This document shows, one piece after another, positions 43,424-61,729 of a stretch of 64,000 bases of DNA. The notes below the pieces were generated by a model, which made no database searches, was not told the DNA's origin, and saw nothing but the letters and a program-made list of their open reading frames with translations. Source of the stretch: the human T2T-CHM13v2.0 reference genome, Homo sapiens. The position numbers and the translations under genes were made by a program. Location of the stretch: the NCBI RefSeq assembly GCF_009914755.1, contig NC_060925.1; one strand, 5' to 3'. Positions within the stretch are counted from its first letter, which is position 1, and each line of letters begins with the position of its first letter.

Positions 43424-43966
43424 CTTTTTTAAAGAGAAAATAAATAGCACAATCTCAAAGTAAACTTCTGAAGGATAATTTTCAAGTGTTCAATGCTGGC
43501 TGTTAAACCAGATATTTCCTACCTTACATTGGATTTTGACAAAGAGCAAATACATATTGTTTTATCTTTTGACAACTAAATATGATGCATATGTTATCAA
43601 TTAAATTCTGCCAAATTTTGTCTGCAATGTAAGATCAAACACCTATCAAAACATAAGTACGCACATATATGAAAAAGCATTAAAACCAAAATCACTGAGA
43701 TTGTGTGTTACCAGATTTTCTACATCATTCTGTACACACATACAAACAATTATCAGTTCTTATTAAGTCAGTAAACTTAAGCAGACTTTTCCATGAAATA
43801 ATTTACAACTAGGTCATGACTAAACTAATAAACAGCATCACCTCTAAGGCAAAAAGACAGAAAATAAGAACTAAAAAGTTCAGATAAAGTTCAAATAGGT
43901 TAAATTTGTCATATGGCTAGTACATCATGAATAGAACAGGGATCAAGCACAGCAATTTCAACTTCA

Positions 43967-44365
<399 letters not shown>

Positions 44366-44754
44366 CTAACGCCAATACTACCCCCTTAAATATCATTTTC
44401 AATCATACCACAAATGGGGTGTTAAGGCTGAAAGGATACAACAGGTCAATTAATAACATGTGAGAGCATTTCACTTAAGGTCATGTGTATGACACTAGTA
44501 CTGAGTAGGGCTAATGTGAAGAGTAAAACCCATGGTAACAGATGTTATTTACCTAGCAGTAATATAACAAGAAAATTTGAATACTTTGCTGTCTTTTAAA
44601 ACTTGAAAAGATACATCAAGTTGAACTACAGCATAACTCTGTTGCTTATGTCTATGCATATCCTTTAGATTACTTATTCAACAGAATAACCCAATGATTT
44701 CTTTTTTTTTCTATTTTATATGCTTGTTAATTTTTTTTTGATGGTAAATATATG

Positions 44755-45890
<1,136 letters not shown>

Positions 45891-46565
45891 TCATCTTCTT
45901 GTCTCCATCCAGAAGTATTAAACTGTGCAGCAAATTTACTGTATGTGCCCTGGCTAGTTTTGAGTTGAAATCACTTACAACCTTAACGAAAAGGATCTGC
46001 GCCAATACAAAATCAAAACGAAACCTACCTTTGCTTAGCACTCAGTTATGGGAAGCTTTTTAAGTCATCACAAGAAGGTGGCTACCTACATGGTAGTTTC
46101 GGAGAAGAATGATGCTTCACACTGCCACAGAGACTGAGTCATCTGTTCCTTCTACCTTCCTTAATGTCTAAAAGATCAGTAACCCTAAAAGCTCTGTGGA
46201 ATCCCCCTGTTCACTAATCACTCTTCTCTGACATCAAAAAGAAAACAGAACAGGAAACCAAGAGACAGAAGAAGGGAAACAGGGAAGAAAAAAAGAAGAA
46301 AAATGATTTTGTCAACTGGACTAATGGTTACACTACCCCATGTAACCTGAACATCTTCACGGCGCTTTACTAACCCTTATCAGGACGAAGCTACCCTGGA
46401 ATAAGTGAAATAAACCAGTGTGACAGTTGTATATAAAAATAAATTTTGTTAGGTTTGCATCACATTATAAAGAAACAGAAAAACATAGTTAAAAATAAAT
46501 CCATTCACCAACTCAGCAAACAAATTATAGAAACTTTTTTAAGATGCTGATAGACAATCACTTAC

Positions 46566-46623
46566 TTGACTCCAGATCATAAAATGAGTAAAGCTTCTCT
46601 GATTCTGAAGGTGCTCCATCCAT
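46566..46623 (-). CDS. SMYD3: SMYD3 coding exon 4 (58 nt, phase 0/1): MDGAPSESEKLYSFYDLES(N)
   Basis: Acceptor ttttccttcacag| (ct at 46624-25), donor |gtaagt (46560-65); in frame with both neighbours. Confidence 0.97.
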
Positions 46624-46939
46624 CTGTGAAGGAAAAGGGGAAAACGCCAATAACAATTTCAAGTGTTCCAATATATAAACAAATAAGTTTGAGTACCTTT
46701 GTATATTTAAATGAAAGTCCATCAAAAAGAACATTTTCTATATATTCTTTCTATTCATCACTCTCATTAGACTGAATTAATCAACAACTTTAAAATAAAA
46801 ATCTAACTTGTATCTTCACTCAACAGTTTAATCTCCAAATGCAAAACTCTTGTACAAAAAGTTCCCATATTTTTATATTCATAAAACCCTCTATAAAATC
46901 GTGTACCGGCCAAAAGAGTCAGTAAACAATAGGAAAAGG

Positions 46940-47235
46940 TGGGGCATGGTAGCTCACACCTATAATCCCCGATACTTTGGGAGGCCGAGGCAGGCAGATT
47001 GCTTTAGCCCAGGAGTTCAAGGCCAGCCTGGGCAACATGGCGAAACCCTATGCCTAAAAAACATACAAAAATTAGCCAGGCATGGTGGCATGCACCTGTA
47101 GTCCCAGCTACTCAGCAGGCCGAGGAGGGAGAATCACTTGAGCCCAGCAGTTCAAGCTTGCAATGAGCTATGATTGTGCTACTATACTCCAGCCTGGGTA
47201 ACAGAGCAAGTCCCTGTCTCAAAAAAGAAAAAAAG
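46940..47235 (+). mobile_element. AluJ
   Basis: Diverged Alu consensus. Confidence 0.92.
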
Positions 47236-48430
47236 GAGAAGGACAAATCGGGAGCCTACAATAATTTGAGAAAGATATTCACACTAAAGATGGGTAAAAA
47301 AATCTAAAAGGCTTCACCACAGCAAGATTTCACAGAGTTTACTGTTTTGCCACTTATGAAAAAGGGCCGAAGAAATCACTTCAGTGAATTTTAGGAAATA
47401 AGATAAGTACTCTTCCAGTCAATACTAATTATGTATGTGTATCTTCCTTGAAGAGGAAAGTAGAAAATGACATGCTCGCCCTGTGCATTAGTTTACAATA
47501 CCCAAGTTATAAAGGCAATGTAACAGAGATTACTACCATCTCATACCTCAGAGATAGAACCTCCTCCATCTTTATTCCCACAAGAAGATAGCAGGGCCTT
47601 CAAAGAGAGACTGTGTATTTCTTCACTGCTACAGATTCCATGATTAATAGGAAAAGAACAAATTTTTTTGTCTAAGACACTCCCTGGAATAATCTACCTT
47701 CTACATTAACATGGGGTTAATTTCAGCCTTAAATAGGAATAACACAGGCATACCTCATTTTATCACACTTCACTTTATAGTGCTTTGCAGACATTGCACT
47801 GAAGATTTACATCATCGAACAAGTCTGTCCATACCATTTTTCTAACAACACGTGTTCACTTTGTGTCTATGTGTGACATTTTGGAATTCTCACAATATTT
47901 CAAACTTTTGGTTATTATTATATCTGTTACTGTGGCCTGTGATCAGAGATCTTTAATGTTACTACTGTAATTGTTTTGGGGTACCACAAACCATCCCCAT
48001 ATAAGACCACAAACTTAATCAATAAATGTTGTGCGTGTTCTCACTGCTCCGCCGACCGGCTATTCCCACTGCCTGGCTATTCCCCTATCTCTTCCCTCTC
48101 CTCAGGCCTCTGTATTCTCTGACACAACAATATTGAAATTAGGCCAATTAATAACTTTACAATGACCTATAAGTGAAAGGACGAGTCACACATCTCTCAT
48201 TTTAAATCAAAAGCTAGAAAAATGAGTAAGCTTAGTGAGAAAGAAATATTGAAAGCTGATATAGACCATAAGTCAGGCCTCTTGCACCAAACAGCCAAGT
48301 TGTCAACACAAGGGAGAGTTCTGAAAGAAAATGAAAAGAGCTACTCCCATGAACACATGAGTGATAAGAAAGCACAACAGTCTTATTGCTAATCTAGAGA
48401 AAGTCTGAGTGGCCTAGATATAGAAGATCA

Positions 48431-49003
<573 letters not shown>

Positions 49004-49390
49004 CTACACTAAACAACAGATTTTTAATGTAGATGAAACAGCCTTATATTGGAAGAAGATGTCACTTAGGACTTTCATAGCTAGAGAGAATTCAATGCCT
49101 GGCTTCAAAGAACAAGTGGACTTTTTTTTAGGGACTAATGCAGCTGGTGACTTTAGGTTGAAGCCAGTGTTCATTTACCATTCCTAAAATGCCAGGGCCC
49201 TTACTATTTGTGGTAAATCGACTTTGCCTATGCTTTACCAGTGGGAGGTCAAAACAGCAACATGAACCGGAGTTCAGAAGATTCAGAAGAACTTGGTTCC
49301 AACCTTCATGGATAACACTGAGGGGTCAAGACTTCAGTAGAGGAAGTAAGTGTAGATGTGATAGCAAGAACGAAGGAGCTGGAATCAAGA

Positions 49391-50808
<1,418 letters not shown>

Positions 50809-51452
50809 AAAACTTTTTTTAAAACAGAGAGAAGTAGAGCCTAAAGAATTATAAATTAACTGATTAAAAATTAACTGATTTTCTGCAATCTCATGATAAA
50901 ACTTGAAAAGATGAGGAGTTGCTTCTTATGAATGAACAAAGAAGGTGGTTTCTTGAGATGGAACCTACTCCTGGTGAAGAAGCTGTGAGGCATCATATGT
51001 TACAGTGAAATCATTTGCGAAAGGAAGAGGCAATCAATGCGGCAAATTCGACTGTTGTCTTATTTTAAGAAATTGCCACAGCCACCCCAAAGTTCAGCAA
51101 CCACCACTTGATTAGTCAGCAGCCATCAACATCCACCAGCGAAAAGATGATGATGCACTGAAGGGTCTAATGATCCTTAGCAGTTTTAGAAATATATTTT
51201 TTAATTAAAGTATGTACATTGTTCTGTTGGCATAATGCTACTGAACACTTAATAGACTACGGTATAATGTAAACATAACTTTTATATTTACTGGGAAGCC
51301 AAAAAATTTGTGAGACTCATTTTATTGCAATATTTGCTTTATTGTGGTAGTCTGAAACTGAACCTGCAACATCTCTGAGGTATACCGGAAAATGCAATTG
51401 CATATGTTTATTTAACCAAAACCCAGCTATATTTCATGAGTTTTATACTCAC

Positions 51453-51560
51453 AAGTTTGAAGACAACTCTGCCAAGAAGTCGAACGGAGTCTGGAGGATA
51501 TCTGGGTTTGCAGCTTTTAAGGCATTTGCATTCCCGCTTGTGGTCTGGCCAAGCTTTTTT
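51453..51560 (-). CDS. SMYD3: SMYD3 coding exon 3 (108 nt, phase 0/0): KKAWPDHKRECKCLKSCKPRYPPDSVRLLGRVVFKL, end of the MYND finger and start of I-SET
   Basis: Acceptor ...gttttaatag| (ct at 51561-62), donor |gtgagt (actcac at 51447-52); WxxHKxEC is the MYND C-terminal motif. Confidence 0.97.
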
Positions 51561-52089
51561 CTATTAAAACAAGAGTGGGGAGAACATAGGTGACCTAAAA
51601 TTTAACTTTCATTTATACTGGTTTTGAACATCAAGAGTCATAAACATTAAATTTTAATAGTCCAAATGTAACTGCACAATAGAAAATAAAAGCAATATTC
51701 TAAATCTGAAAATAATCCAGGATGAGTCTTTGCCAAATATGCAATTACTATGCAAGGACATTAAAAGCCTCAGCTTCACCTCTGTGCTTTCATTTGTCCC
51801 CTGGTTATTACCTGGCTAGTGGAGTCCAAAGAAAGAGCCATTACAGCTTACTTAATAATGTATAAGATGGTCTTGGAACTGATTAAACAGGATTCAACAA
51901 TAGTCATTTTGAATACAAAAGGAAAATGTCACTCCAAATTAGAAAATAAAACGTGGTTCAGAAGACTCAAAATAGGGATGACAGCCTTCTGAATTTCTGT
52001 GCTGCTACAGAAATATCAGGAGGGCTAACACACCCCCAAATATAAAATCTCTTTGTTTTAAAAGCAACATAAAAAGAACTATTAGCTAA

Positions 52090-52216
52090 AATCATTAAAT
52101 GTCCAGTTTGTCCTGGATGTGTCTAGGTTTGTATCTATGTCCTGGCTTAAATATTAATAGTGCCCCTTTTCACTCTGAAAAGTTCTGGTTTTGATGACAA
52201 ATTATATGGTCACCTA
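52090..52216. mobile_element. MER94/BlackJack-type hAT fragment
   Basis: aatagtgccccttttcactctgaaaag ... aaattatatggtcacct. Confidence 0.6.
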
Positions 52217-54884
52217 AGCCATGATCCTAGCCATGTGTTGATGTGGCTAAAGAGACCATTGAGTCAGTTGCCAATGTACAGATGAATGGACTAAAGGGAA
52301 GGACACTATCCTTGAGCCTTGGATCAGAAAGGCGACGGCTCCTTTCACACGGAATCACTTTCATATGGAAATAAAATCCAGATCATCTAATATTTAGCCC
52401 TGGTGAGTAGAAGAAGCCTCAATCAAATGTCTCTCGTGTTATATTCTGAAAATTGGAATTTCCATTACTGAAATGCCTGATACCACTTACTCATTCTTAT
52501 TTCAAAAATTATAAATCTGCTCCTCAATTTCTGGGTCTACAAAATCAATGTGCTGTTCATAATTTTTGTTTTAGCATTTACACTTCACTCACTTCTAAAC
52601 AAGACTGAGCTGATTCAAAGTAAAGATGTGTATGAAATAAGACTGCAAAACCAGAAACAGAACATATTAAAATTATGGAAGGGGGAAAAAGGAAAGCACG
52701 CTAGCATTTACTTAGCATTCTACAAGGTACTAGATACATGGCTAAGCAAATAACGAAGCACGTTTCACTTGATTTTCGTAACAATCCAAATGGTAGGTAT
52801 TATCCCTCTATTACAAATAAAGGCTCAAAAGCTGATATCTAACTATCAAACTGCCCAAATACAAAAAGAGAGAGTAAAAATTCTTAGCATGCTAAACATG
52901 AGAGCTGAATAATTTCTGCATTACATTTGAGTATTTGTACGTCACATTTATTTGAGATGCCTTACAAGCAAGGCAAAAAAGAAGGCATAATGGCTTATAT
53001 AATCCTCAACTGACAGAAAGTAAAAACATACAGTTTCACCAAGTATTAAATCACAGGAGGGATTTATTCCAAGAATGCTAATCAACACACTGAACAATGT
53101 CCTTAACAACAGTTCACAACTATAATGGCCTTTCATATGACTTCTAATATCAGTACTCACTGAAAGGCATAATATTAAAATACAACTCAGTGAAAGAACA
53201 AGCTTCTGTTGCTCAGGGGGCTAGTCCTTGACTAGCAATTAGCAATTACCAATGTGTGTAAGAGGCCTAAAATATACATGGTACAATTGTCAAGTAAGTT
53301 TTAAAAACACAATTTATCATGTTGACCCTACTTAGAGATTCAAAATATACTTAGCATCCTAAAAGTTCTAAAAGTCTATGCACTAAAGAAATGTGTATAA
53401 ATTATTTAACACAGTTTCCCATGCTTGTTATTGTCACCCTTTAGAGAGTTAGGTTGGTATTCACTAACTCAGATATATCTATATATTTTTTTTCACCTGG
53501 TCTTTGTATGTGAGTGGGTTAAGCTAACAAATTTACATTCATTTGCACTCACAAGAAACAAGAATGTTAACTTTTTTGGTTTTTTACTGATAGAAGGGAG
53601 AACCATAACTTTGGCGTTAGTTTTCCTTTGATTATAGAAGTTGAGAAACCTGTCAGATGCTCTCATGGACAGAGCGTGTAGGCAGGAACGGATAACATAG
53701 TGCCAGTGGGTCTATCAGAAAGTACCTTAGGCTCTGTTCAAATGCCTCAGTGTCCAGCTGAACAGGGCTCACACTCAGCAAAACAAGGCAGAGATAATTT
53801 GAGGCAAAAGACCTTAAGAGCAGATTTTAATCAATGCTCATTTTAATTACAAGAGATCATCCATAACCCCTCTGTTAAAACCTAAATATTTGAGCAGCTC
53901 AGCCTCCTGATAGCTTACCAGGGTGAGATAAGTACAAAACGTACACCAGATAATGAACAACCGATCAGTTAGATGACAGCATTTGGAATTAAACATCCAA
54001 ATTTTGGAAAATTCCTGTTAAAACAACTTTAGGTCCTTAACATAATTGATATAGAGCTCTTATTTCTCAACAATAACTAGAAACTAGACAAAATGTTTCT
54101 TAAACTTATTCCTAGATCATTGCCTGAAAACATACTTATTTTCTCATTTGCTTCAGCAAAAATATGTTCATTATTTCCATGAAAAGCCAAATCAGATCAT
54201 TTAGGCATAAATAGAGAAAGCAATCATACCACTTAAAATTGGTCTGTAATATGGTACCACATATCAGCCCATTCCTTTTCTTTTTAAAACATTAACTGTT
54301 AAAATTTATCATTCAGCTTCACCTATCACATCTTACCATAAGGGTTACGAATACAAGCATACCACAGAAAAGGCTTACAAAGAAATCTTTTTACGCAGCT
54401 CCTTTGACTTTGAAGCAAAACGTGACAATCATACAAAAACAAAAGGCATTATCTTCACTCAACAAACTAACCTTGGTCAAGACCTCGATGACACATTTGT
54501 CATATATATTTGCCAATTTCTCAAAAGACAACCTTCCTGATTTACATTTTTTCCTATTTTCTTACATTACTTCCAATACAGGATATAATTAAGATTTTGC
54601 TCATAACATTGGCTGTAGTATTTTCTTTTGTCATAGCTGAAAATTAACAATGATGTACAATAAGCATGAACTGGCTTGAGAGACAAAGGAAATTAAAATA
54701 CTACATTAAGAAGTAAAAACAAAAGGAGACAAGAGTTTCATGCTGGAAAAAAAGGAAATGACATCTATAACACAATTCTTTCAGTGCATGCATGACTCAA
54801 AAAACAACTTCAGAATCTATACAGTTTCATAATGTATTTTTATAGTATTTATAACAGTTCACGACATAAACTCATTAACCACAC

Positions 54885-55618
54885 CAGTAGTTCTCAATGG
54901 GAGTGACGCCTATCTTGAGGGTTGTTTGAGAAATTTATGTGGGTATTTTTATTTGTCACAAGGTTTATGGAAAATTACAGGCACTTAATGAGCAGGAACC
55001 AAAGGAGCCAGACATTCTGTGTCGGACAGTTCTCCACAATGAAGAATTATCCAAATCCAATGCAACTTTCAAGTGTCCAACCAAATTCCATGACGGTGGA
55101 AAACTTGTTTATAATTGTCTGAGCCTAGAACTAAATCTCCTTTTACATTTAAAAACAAAGAGCTCGTTTTTACATAATCCTAACAGCACTGAATTTTCTA
55201 GGTAAATCAAAGGAAGACTGTATTTTAAGAATTTTACCTAAATTACTCAATTAAAGCCATATCACTGAAGGCAACACCACTTAGAGTACTTGAGTTACCA
55301 ATACAACACGGCTTCTGACCCGCATCTCTACTTCCCTTCTCACAGTGACTCTATGTATAGGTGCAAATATGTGACTAATGATGTCTTCCAGTCTAATACC
55401 TCAGCATTTATATACTAAAATACATATTATTTTATCATAGGTTTTAATTTTCTTTTTCCTTATATTCCAATTATGGCATTATATTAATGTTTTGAAAATA
55501 TGTAACTAGGTATATTGCACTACCTGTAAAATTTCATTTCAAGATAGTAGAGAGGGCAATAAAAATAGTTCTCACAAAAATGGGGAGTTGGGTCTGAAAA
55601 GAACTGAGAAGCCCAGAT
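54885..55618. mobile_element. hAT-Charlie-type fossil
   Basis: Begins cagtagttctcaa and ends tgagaagcccag; internal MER20-like motifs. Confidence 0.55.
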
Positions 55619-55750
55619 CTAAAAAAATGCTACACAGTTACACATGCCACACACATACACAAGAATATATTTTTAAACACATAGCCTAACACCCACCCTA
55701 GGGATTCTGACACTACCCATGAGACAGAATCAAGCGTCCCACTGCAGGGC

Positions 55751-56111
55751 TGCTATGGTTTCAATGTGTACCTCAAAGTTCATGTGCTGGAAACGTAATC
55801 CCCAGTGCAACATGTTGAGAGGTGGGGTCGTTCAGTAGCACAGCGCTCACGAACGGATTCATGTCACTATTGCAACAGTGGGTTTGCTATAAAAGAGAGT
55901 CCGGCCCTCTCTTGTTCCCTCTCAGGAGCACGCTCCCGTCATGTGACGCCTTCTGCCATGCTAGGATGCAGCAAGAAGGCCCTTACAGATGTAATCCCTC
56001 AACCTTGGACTTCCCGGCCTCCAGAAACACCAGCCAAATAAACTTCTATTGTTTATGAATGACCCAGTCTGCGGCACTCTGTTAATAGCAGCACAAAAAC
56101 AGATCAAGACA
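55751..56111 (+). mobile_element. MST (MaLR) solo LTR
   Basis: TG...CA ends; 5-bp TSD agggc at 55746-50 and 56112-16. Confidence 0.9.
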
Positions 56112-56169
56112 AGGGCATTCCATGAGTAGCTAAAGTTGAAAAACCACTGAGTTAAACTAAATTACAAAG

Positions 56170-57250
56170 GAGGTCGTTATATATACTAAATAGATGAAAC
56201 AAAATACAATTCTATAATTATCATTGAACTATTGTTCTATAGAAATAAATATTGTATAATATTAAGGTGGAAAAAGTGTTTTAAACAGAACATAAAATGT
56301 AAAAACCATAAAGGAAAATAAATATATATTAAATTACATAACAATAAAGAATTTTTGTCTTGGGGGAAGAAAACCAGAAACAAGGTTTAAAGGTAATAAA
56401 CCATGAAACAGTCTAAAATATATATATAGACACAGTGTTAAATGTCTCCAATATACAAAAAGGCCTTACAAATAACTTTTGAATATTTCAAAAAATATAA
56501 ATAAAGGTAAAGGAAATGAATAGGAAATTCATGACTGAAAAAGAAAAACCAATAGACAACTAATACAAACCACACCAGTGCTCAAAGACATGATAACAGA
56601 AACTAGATAACATAGTGTCCCATTAATTTGGCAAAAATGAATAAAACTGGCAGTATTTAGAAGCATCTAGGATTTGGGGAAATAGGCATTTTCCAGCCTT
56701 GTTAGTAGAGTTGTAGGCTGCTCTGATCTTTCTGATGGGTATTTGGTAATGAATATCAAAATTGTAATGTGCATATTGTTGACACAGAAATATTATTCAT
56801 AAAGTAATTTATTTTAAAAAATTTAAATAGTATAAAGAAATAAATTTAAGAATGTTCCACCCTAAGCAACATAGGGAAATCCCATCTCTATAAAAAAAAA
56901 TTTTTTTTAGTTAGCCAGACATGATGGCATGCACCTGTATTCCCAGCCACACCAGAGGCTAAGAGGAGAGGATCACTCCCAGCTATGCTGGAGGCTAAGA
57001 TGGGAGGTCGAGACTACAGTGAGCCATGGTCACACCACTGCATTCCAGTCTGTGTGACAGAGTGAGACCCCAGGTCTCAGGGGGAAAAAAAAAAAGAATG
57101 CTCACAATAGAAGATGATTAAAATACTGAAAGTTAACTTTTCCAGCTTTTCCTAAAAGAAATTGCTATTTTTGTCTTTCTCTTTATAGCTTTCCATTACT
57201 ATTTAAATTTTCTACAAAGAGCATGGAGTTTATGAATAAAAACAAATATA
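56170..57250 (+). mobile_element. Degenerate L1ME with Alu remnant (56838-57095)
   Basis: A-rich L1 ORF2-end-like sequence; partial Alu. Confidence 0.6.
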
Positions 57251-58987
57251 ATTTTATGTGTAGTAACTGAGAATCAGGGAGAAGTACTTTTATACGAAAG
57301 GGACAGCAAAATTACTGTTTAATAGGCACTGGTGCTTCTTAACTTTTTAATGTTTATTTTGGAAATCTAGTTGCAACTCAAAGCATGATTTAAATGTGTT
57401 AATTTTTAAATGTTAAAAAATGCTTCAGTGAACTGTTCTGTAATGCTGATGCAATCTTTTTTAATTCAGAGATTCACTCAGTAAATTCTTTTATTAGTTT
57501 GGCTATATTCATGTCTGTTTTTCTTAAATGAGTATAGTACCAATTAAGTACACCTTGCATGAAACAGGTGTTCAATACATATTTTATGATTTATTCTAAA
57601 ACCAGTACCATTCAGGGGGTAAAATTTACTATATATTATCATTATTTGAAATTAAGGCCATACAAAAAGAAGAAATGAAAGTAGACTCTCACAATTCTTT
57701 CTTTGACCAATAAGAGATGGTCTTGATTACATGATTATGAAAGGAGTGTATTGATGAGATGTTACACTAATAAGAGAAAATCAATTTATTTCTTTCTTAC
57801 GCAAAATAACATTTGCACTATTATCATATTTCCCTCTCCTCTTTACATACAAAGTCCCTATTGCTCACTCAAGAACCCATTTAAATGCTGTTAAACACCA
57901 AGTTTTGGTTGGAGTGGATATCCATTTTAGGGTAGCTCATTATTGTTTGGGATAGAGTGTAAGAAGGGTCATCCTGTATTGAACCTTGGATTGGGTAAAA
58001 TACATCCAATTCATGACATCAGCTCACTAGGTATTTATTCCATAAGAAGATTAGATTCAAAGATCTGCAAGGCAGTCTTCCAATGATAAAATTCTGAGTC
58101 TGTAACATCCATTCCTAACAAATATCTGAATTATGTCAAAATAGGTTTGAAACCTGCTTGGGTTAGGCTTACAATCATTGAAAATTTGCAACAGTATTTT
58201 CCTCAGCTATTTGGTCATTAAGGATGAAGAAGCTGTCTTTAAAAATATAGAAAAGAAAATGAATTTTTTGAGCTCACTTATTCAACAGTTTCATATAATA
58301 TTAACTAAACATCTTCTACGTGAAATATCACAGTGATTTTTTTCCTACATATTCAGGACTTACTCCACTCACAAACAATCATCTACAGAGGTTTCCTATG
58401 GGCAAAACTTAGGATAGTTGAGCTGCCACGCAACTTGCAGGAAATAAAAGATACTCGACAGTTTTCCATTTACATCCAGTTTGCTTGATAGCAAATAAAT
58501 AATGCCTCCTCCTTTATCCTTGAAATGTAGTCCAATATTGAATTACAGATTGTCAGATGCAGGCAGATCTGAAAAGCTGGAATCTGGGAAAAGAAAACTG
58601 GAAGGCTAAGCAGGTTGTCTAACAGCTACAGTTGACTGACAGGTATTGATTAAGATCTTGCAAAAAAATCTCTTTAGAGCACACTAGAGATTAGTGATAG
58701 ATATGAGACTTCTCACTTTAAAAGCTTACTGAATGCTGTATCAAATGTAGAGCAAGAGCATCTTCTCACTAGTCTTAATCAAATTAGATGAATAGAGCTA
58801 AATATAAAGAAGGAATGTGCCATGAAAATGGTCTTAGGGCATAAGGTTGACAAGAGGAAAAAAAGAACGTGAATAAATGACCATTTCTTGGGCAAATGGG
58901 AATTACGGTCTCCTGTTAAGTGAGGAACCTATAATATGAGACAATAATAACAACAGTGCCCCCAAAGTAAGTCAATCATCATCTACT

Positions 58988-59250
58988 GCAGGGTTCCAAA
59001 AATATATGGCTCATAGGTAAAATTCATTTTACATTTTTACATTTATGTAAAATTCAAATTCATGTACGTTCTAATTCGTGCTACATTTTTAGTAAAATTG
59101 TACATTACAGGGATAGAGCCACACTTATTAGTTACATTCATTCATTTCATGCTACATCAGAGTTGAACACATACGACAAAAATCATATGGCCACAAAGCC
59201 TAAAATATTTACTATATAGTTCTTTACAGAAATTAGCCAATGCTTGATCT
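58988..59250 (+). mobile_element. MER58-type hAT element
   Basis: atatggccacaaagcctaaaatatttactat ... tttacagaaa. Confidence 0.7.
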
Positions 59251-60019
59251 AATGAGAGATCATATGAAGACGAAATGACTTAATTGATAGTTTGGCTGGA
59301 AAGCAAAATAAATCATGCACTTCCACAGACTTCCAATCTTATTTGGAAAAAGCATCTATCCTAGATTAATCAAAATATCAACACCAGCTTCTAGCTGAAT
59401 ACGGTAGATGAGCACATGTATTTTATTTCCTCAAAACAAGTAATTATCAAATTTTTTACTCCCAAAGTGAACTGGAACAGCCATCAATGGATGAGTGGCA
59501 GGGAAGGATGTGGTTAGCCCCATTTGAGAGTGAAAAAGTGGTGGTAAGAGGACAGGCTGCAGAAGCAGGGTCAAAGAGGCCACATGTAGGGACAGTCCCA
59601 TCTGAGAGGGAAGGTCAGCCTGCCAAGCAGAATTCCAGAAAGGATCTAGAATCAAAGACTATACATTGGTAGAATGGAATTGAAAAATAGATGAGAAAGA
59701 GAAAATTAACCACAAGTCTGTATGCCAAAGAGTCTCAAAACACCCCTTCTCTACTTTTGGCTTGATTGAGTAAGCAATGGAAGGTTAATGTACAGAATCT
59801 TGTTGAATTTGATGCTAAGATTATCTCTGATCCAGATTATTGCTATAGCCTCCTATTTGGTCTTCCTGCCCTGACTCTTACCCTTCTACAACGGCTTCTT
59901 CAAACAATAGTCTAATTCTTTGAGTGGCTTAAAAATTGTGATCACTGTATTACAGAAAAAGAAATAAAATCTATGCATACTTAATAGCTCTGTGGTGACC
60001 AATATGTTTCAAACTACTT

Positions 60020-61460
60020 ACTTGAAATATAATTTACATTATTAAATTATATTTAGGTTGGTGCAAAAGTAATTACTTTTAATGGCAAAAACCACAGTTA
60101 CGTATAATAAAATGTATCCATTTTAACAGTATAGTTTGATAAATTTTTGTTTTTTTGAGATGGGGTCTTGCTATATTGTCCAGGCTGGTCTCTAACTCAT
60201 GAGTTCAAACAATCCTCCCACCTTAGCCTCCCAAAGTGCTGGGATTACATGCACGTGCCACCACACCCAGCTTTGATAAGTTATGACACATATATCTCCA
60301 TATAACCAACACCAAAATTAAGCTACAGATGTTAGTACTCCCCAAAAGTTCCCTTGTGCCCCTTACATTCAAGTCCTCCATCCCAGGCAACTCAGTGGTT
60401 TTGTCTCTATAATTGTAAGATCAGTTTTGTCTAGCCTAGAACAGTATTACTTCTTTTCATCTGGCTTCATTCCCTCAGTACAGTGTTTTGAGATTCACTA
60501 ACGTTGCGGCATGCATCAGTAGTTTGTTCCTCTTAATGGACAAGTAATAGTACAGTATGCATCTCTTTATTCATTTACCTGTGGATGAATATTTCACTTG
60601 TTTCCAGGTTTGGAACATTGAACATTTATGTACAAGTTGTTTTTGTAGATGTAAGTTTTCATAACTCTTAGGTAAATAACTAGGAGTAGAACTGCTGGGT
60701 CATACAGTAAGTACACCTTTAACATTATTACAAACTACTAAACTTTCCCAAAACAATGATAACGCTTTACATTCTCACCACCAGTGAACAAGAGTTCCAG
60801 TTGCTCCATCACCTTGCCAGCACTTGACAAAGTCAGTCCTTTTAATTTTAGTCTTTCTAGTGGGTGTGTAGTAATATCTCATTATGGTTTTAATTTTCAT
60901 TTATCTGGTGACCAGTGACAATGATTATCTTTTAATGTATATCTTCTTAAAGTATCTATTCAAATCTTTTACCTGTTTTACTCGGTTTTCTTACTACTGA
61001 ATTATAAGTATTCTTTATAAATTCTGGAAACAACTTCTTGGTTGGGGTGAGAGAGAGAGAAGGAGGGAGAGAAAGAGAAAAGGAGGGAAACAGGGGGAAA
61101 GAGAGGTCTCAAATATTTTCTCCATGTCTGTAGTTTGTCTTTCCAAGGAGCTGAAGGGTTTAATTTTGATGAAAATCAATTTATCAATTTTTCTTGGAGG
61201 CTTAGTGCTTTCTGTGTTCTACATAGGAAATTTTATGTACCCCATATCCAAAGAGTTTCTCCTATGTTTTCTCGGTTTTATAGTTTTAGCCTTTAAGTTT
61301 AAGCTTATTGAACCTAAATCTTATTAAATCTAGTGAAGAATTGTTTTTACTTTTATCATTTATTTTCCATGTGCATATTAGCACAATTTTTTGAAAAGAT
61401 CATCCTTTCATTATTGAATTATGTTGGCACCTTTGTTGAAAATCAACTGGCCATATATGT
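60020..61460 (-). mobile_element. Old L1M 3' region containing a partial MADE1 and a FLAM (60145-60272)
   Basis: taggagtagaactgctgggtcata, ttacattctcaccaccag, ttgttgaaaatcaactgg. Confidence 0.75.
60053..60101. mobile_element. Partial MADE1 (Hsmar1-derived MITE)
   Basis: ttaggttggtgcaaaagtaatt ... actttt-aatggcaaaaaccacagttac; internal deletion and missing right end. Confidence 0.85.
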
Positions 61461-61496
61461 GTAGGGCTATAGTTTTTATATTTTTATTTCTGAATA

Positions 61497-61726
61497 CAGG
61501 TTGAGTATGCCTTATTTGAAATACCTGGGACCAGAAGTGCTTCAGGTTTTGGATTTCTTTGGATTTTGAAATGTTTGCGTTATACTTACTGGCTGAACCA
61601 TCCCAAACCTAAAAATCCAAAATCCAAAATACTCCAATGAGCATTTCCTTTGGGTATCATGCTGGTGCTTAAAATGTTTTGGATTTTGGAGTGCTGCAGA
61701 TTTTTTGATTTGGGATGCTCAACTTG
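61497..61726. mobile_element. Tigger4/MER46-type MITE with TA TSD
   Basis: ta|caggttgagtat ... gatgctcaacttg|ta. Confidence 0.85.
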
Positions 61727-61729
61727 TAT

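Noticed and set aside
60053-60101. miR-548-like locus from MADE1
   Set aside because: Deletion and truncation remove the palindrome, so no hairpin forms
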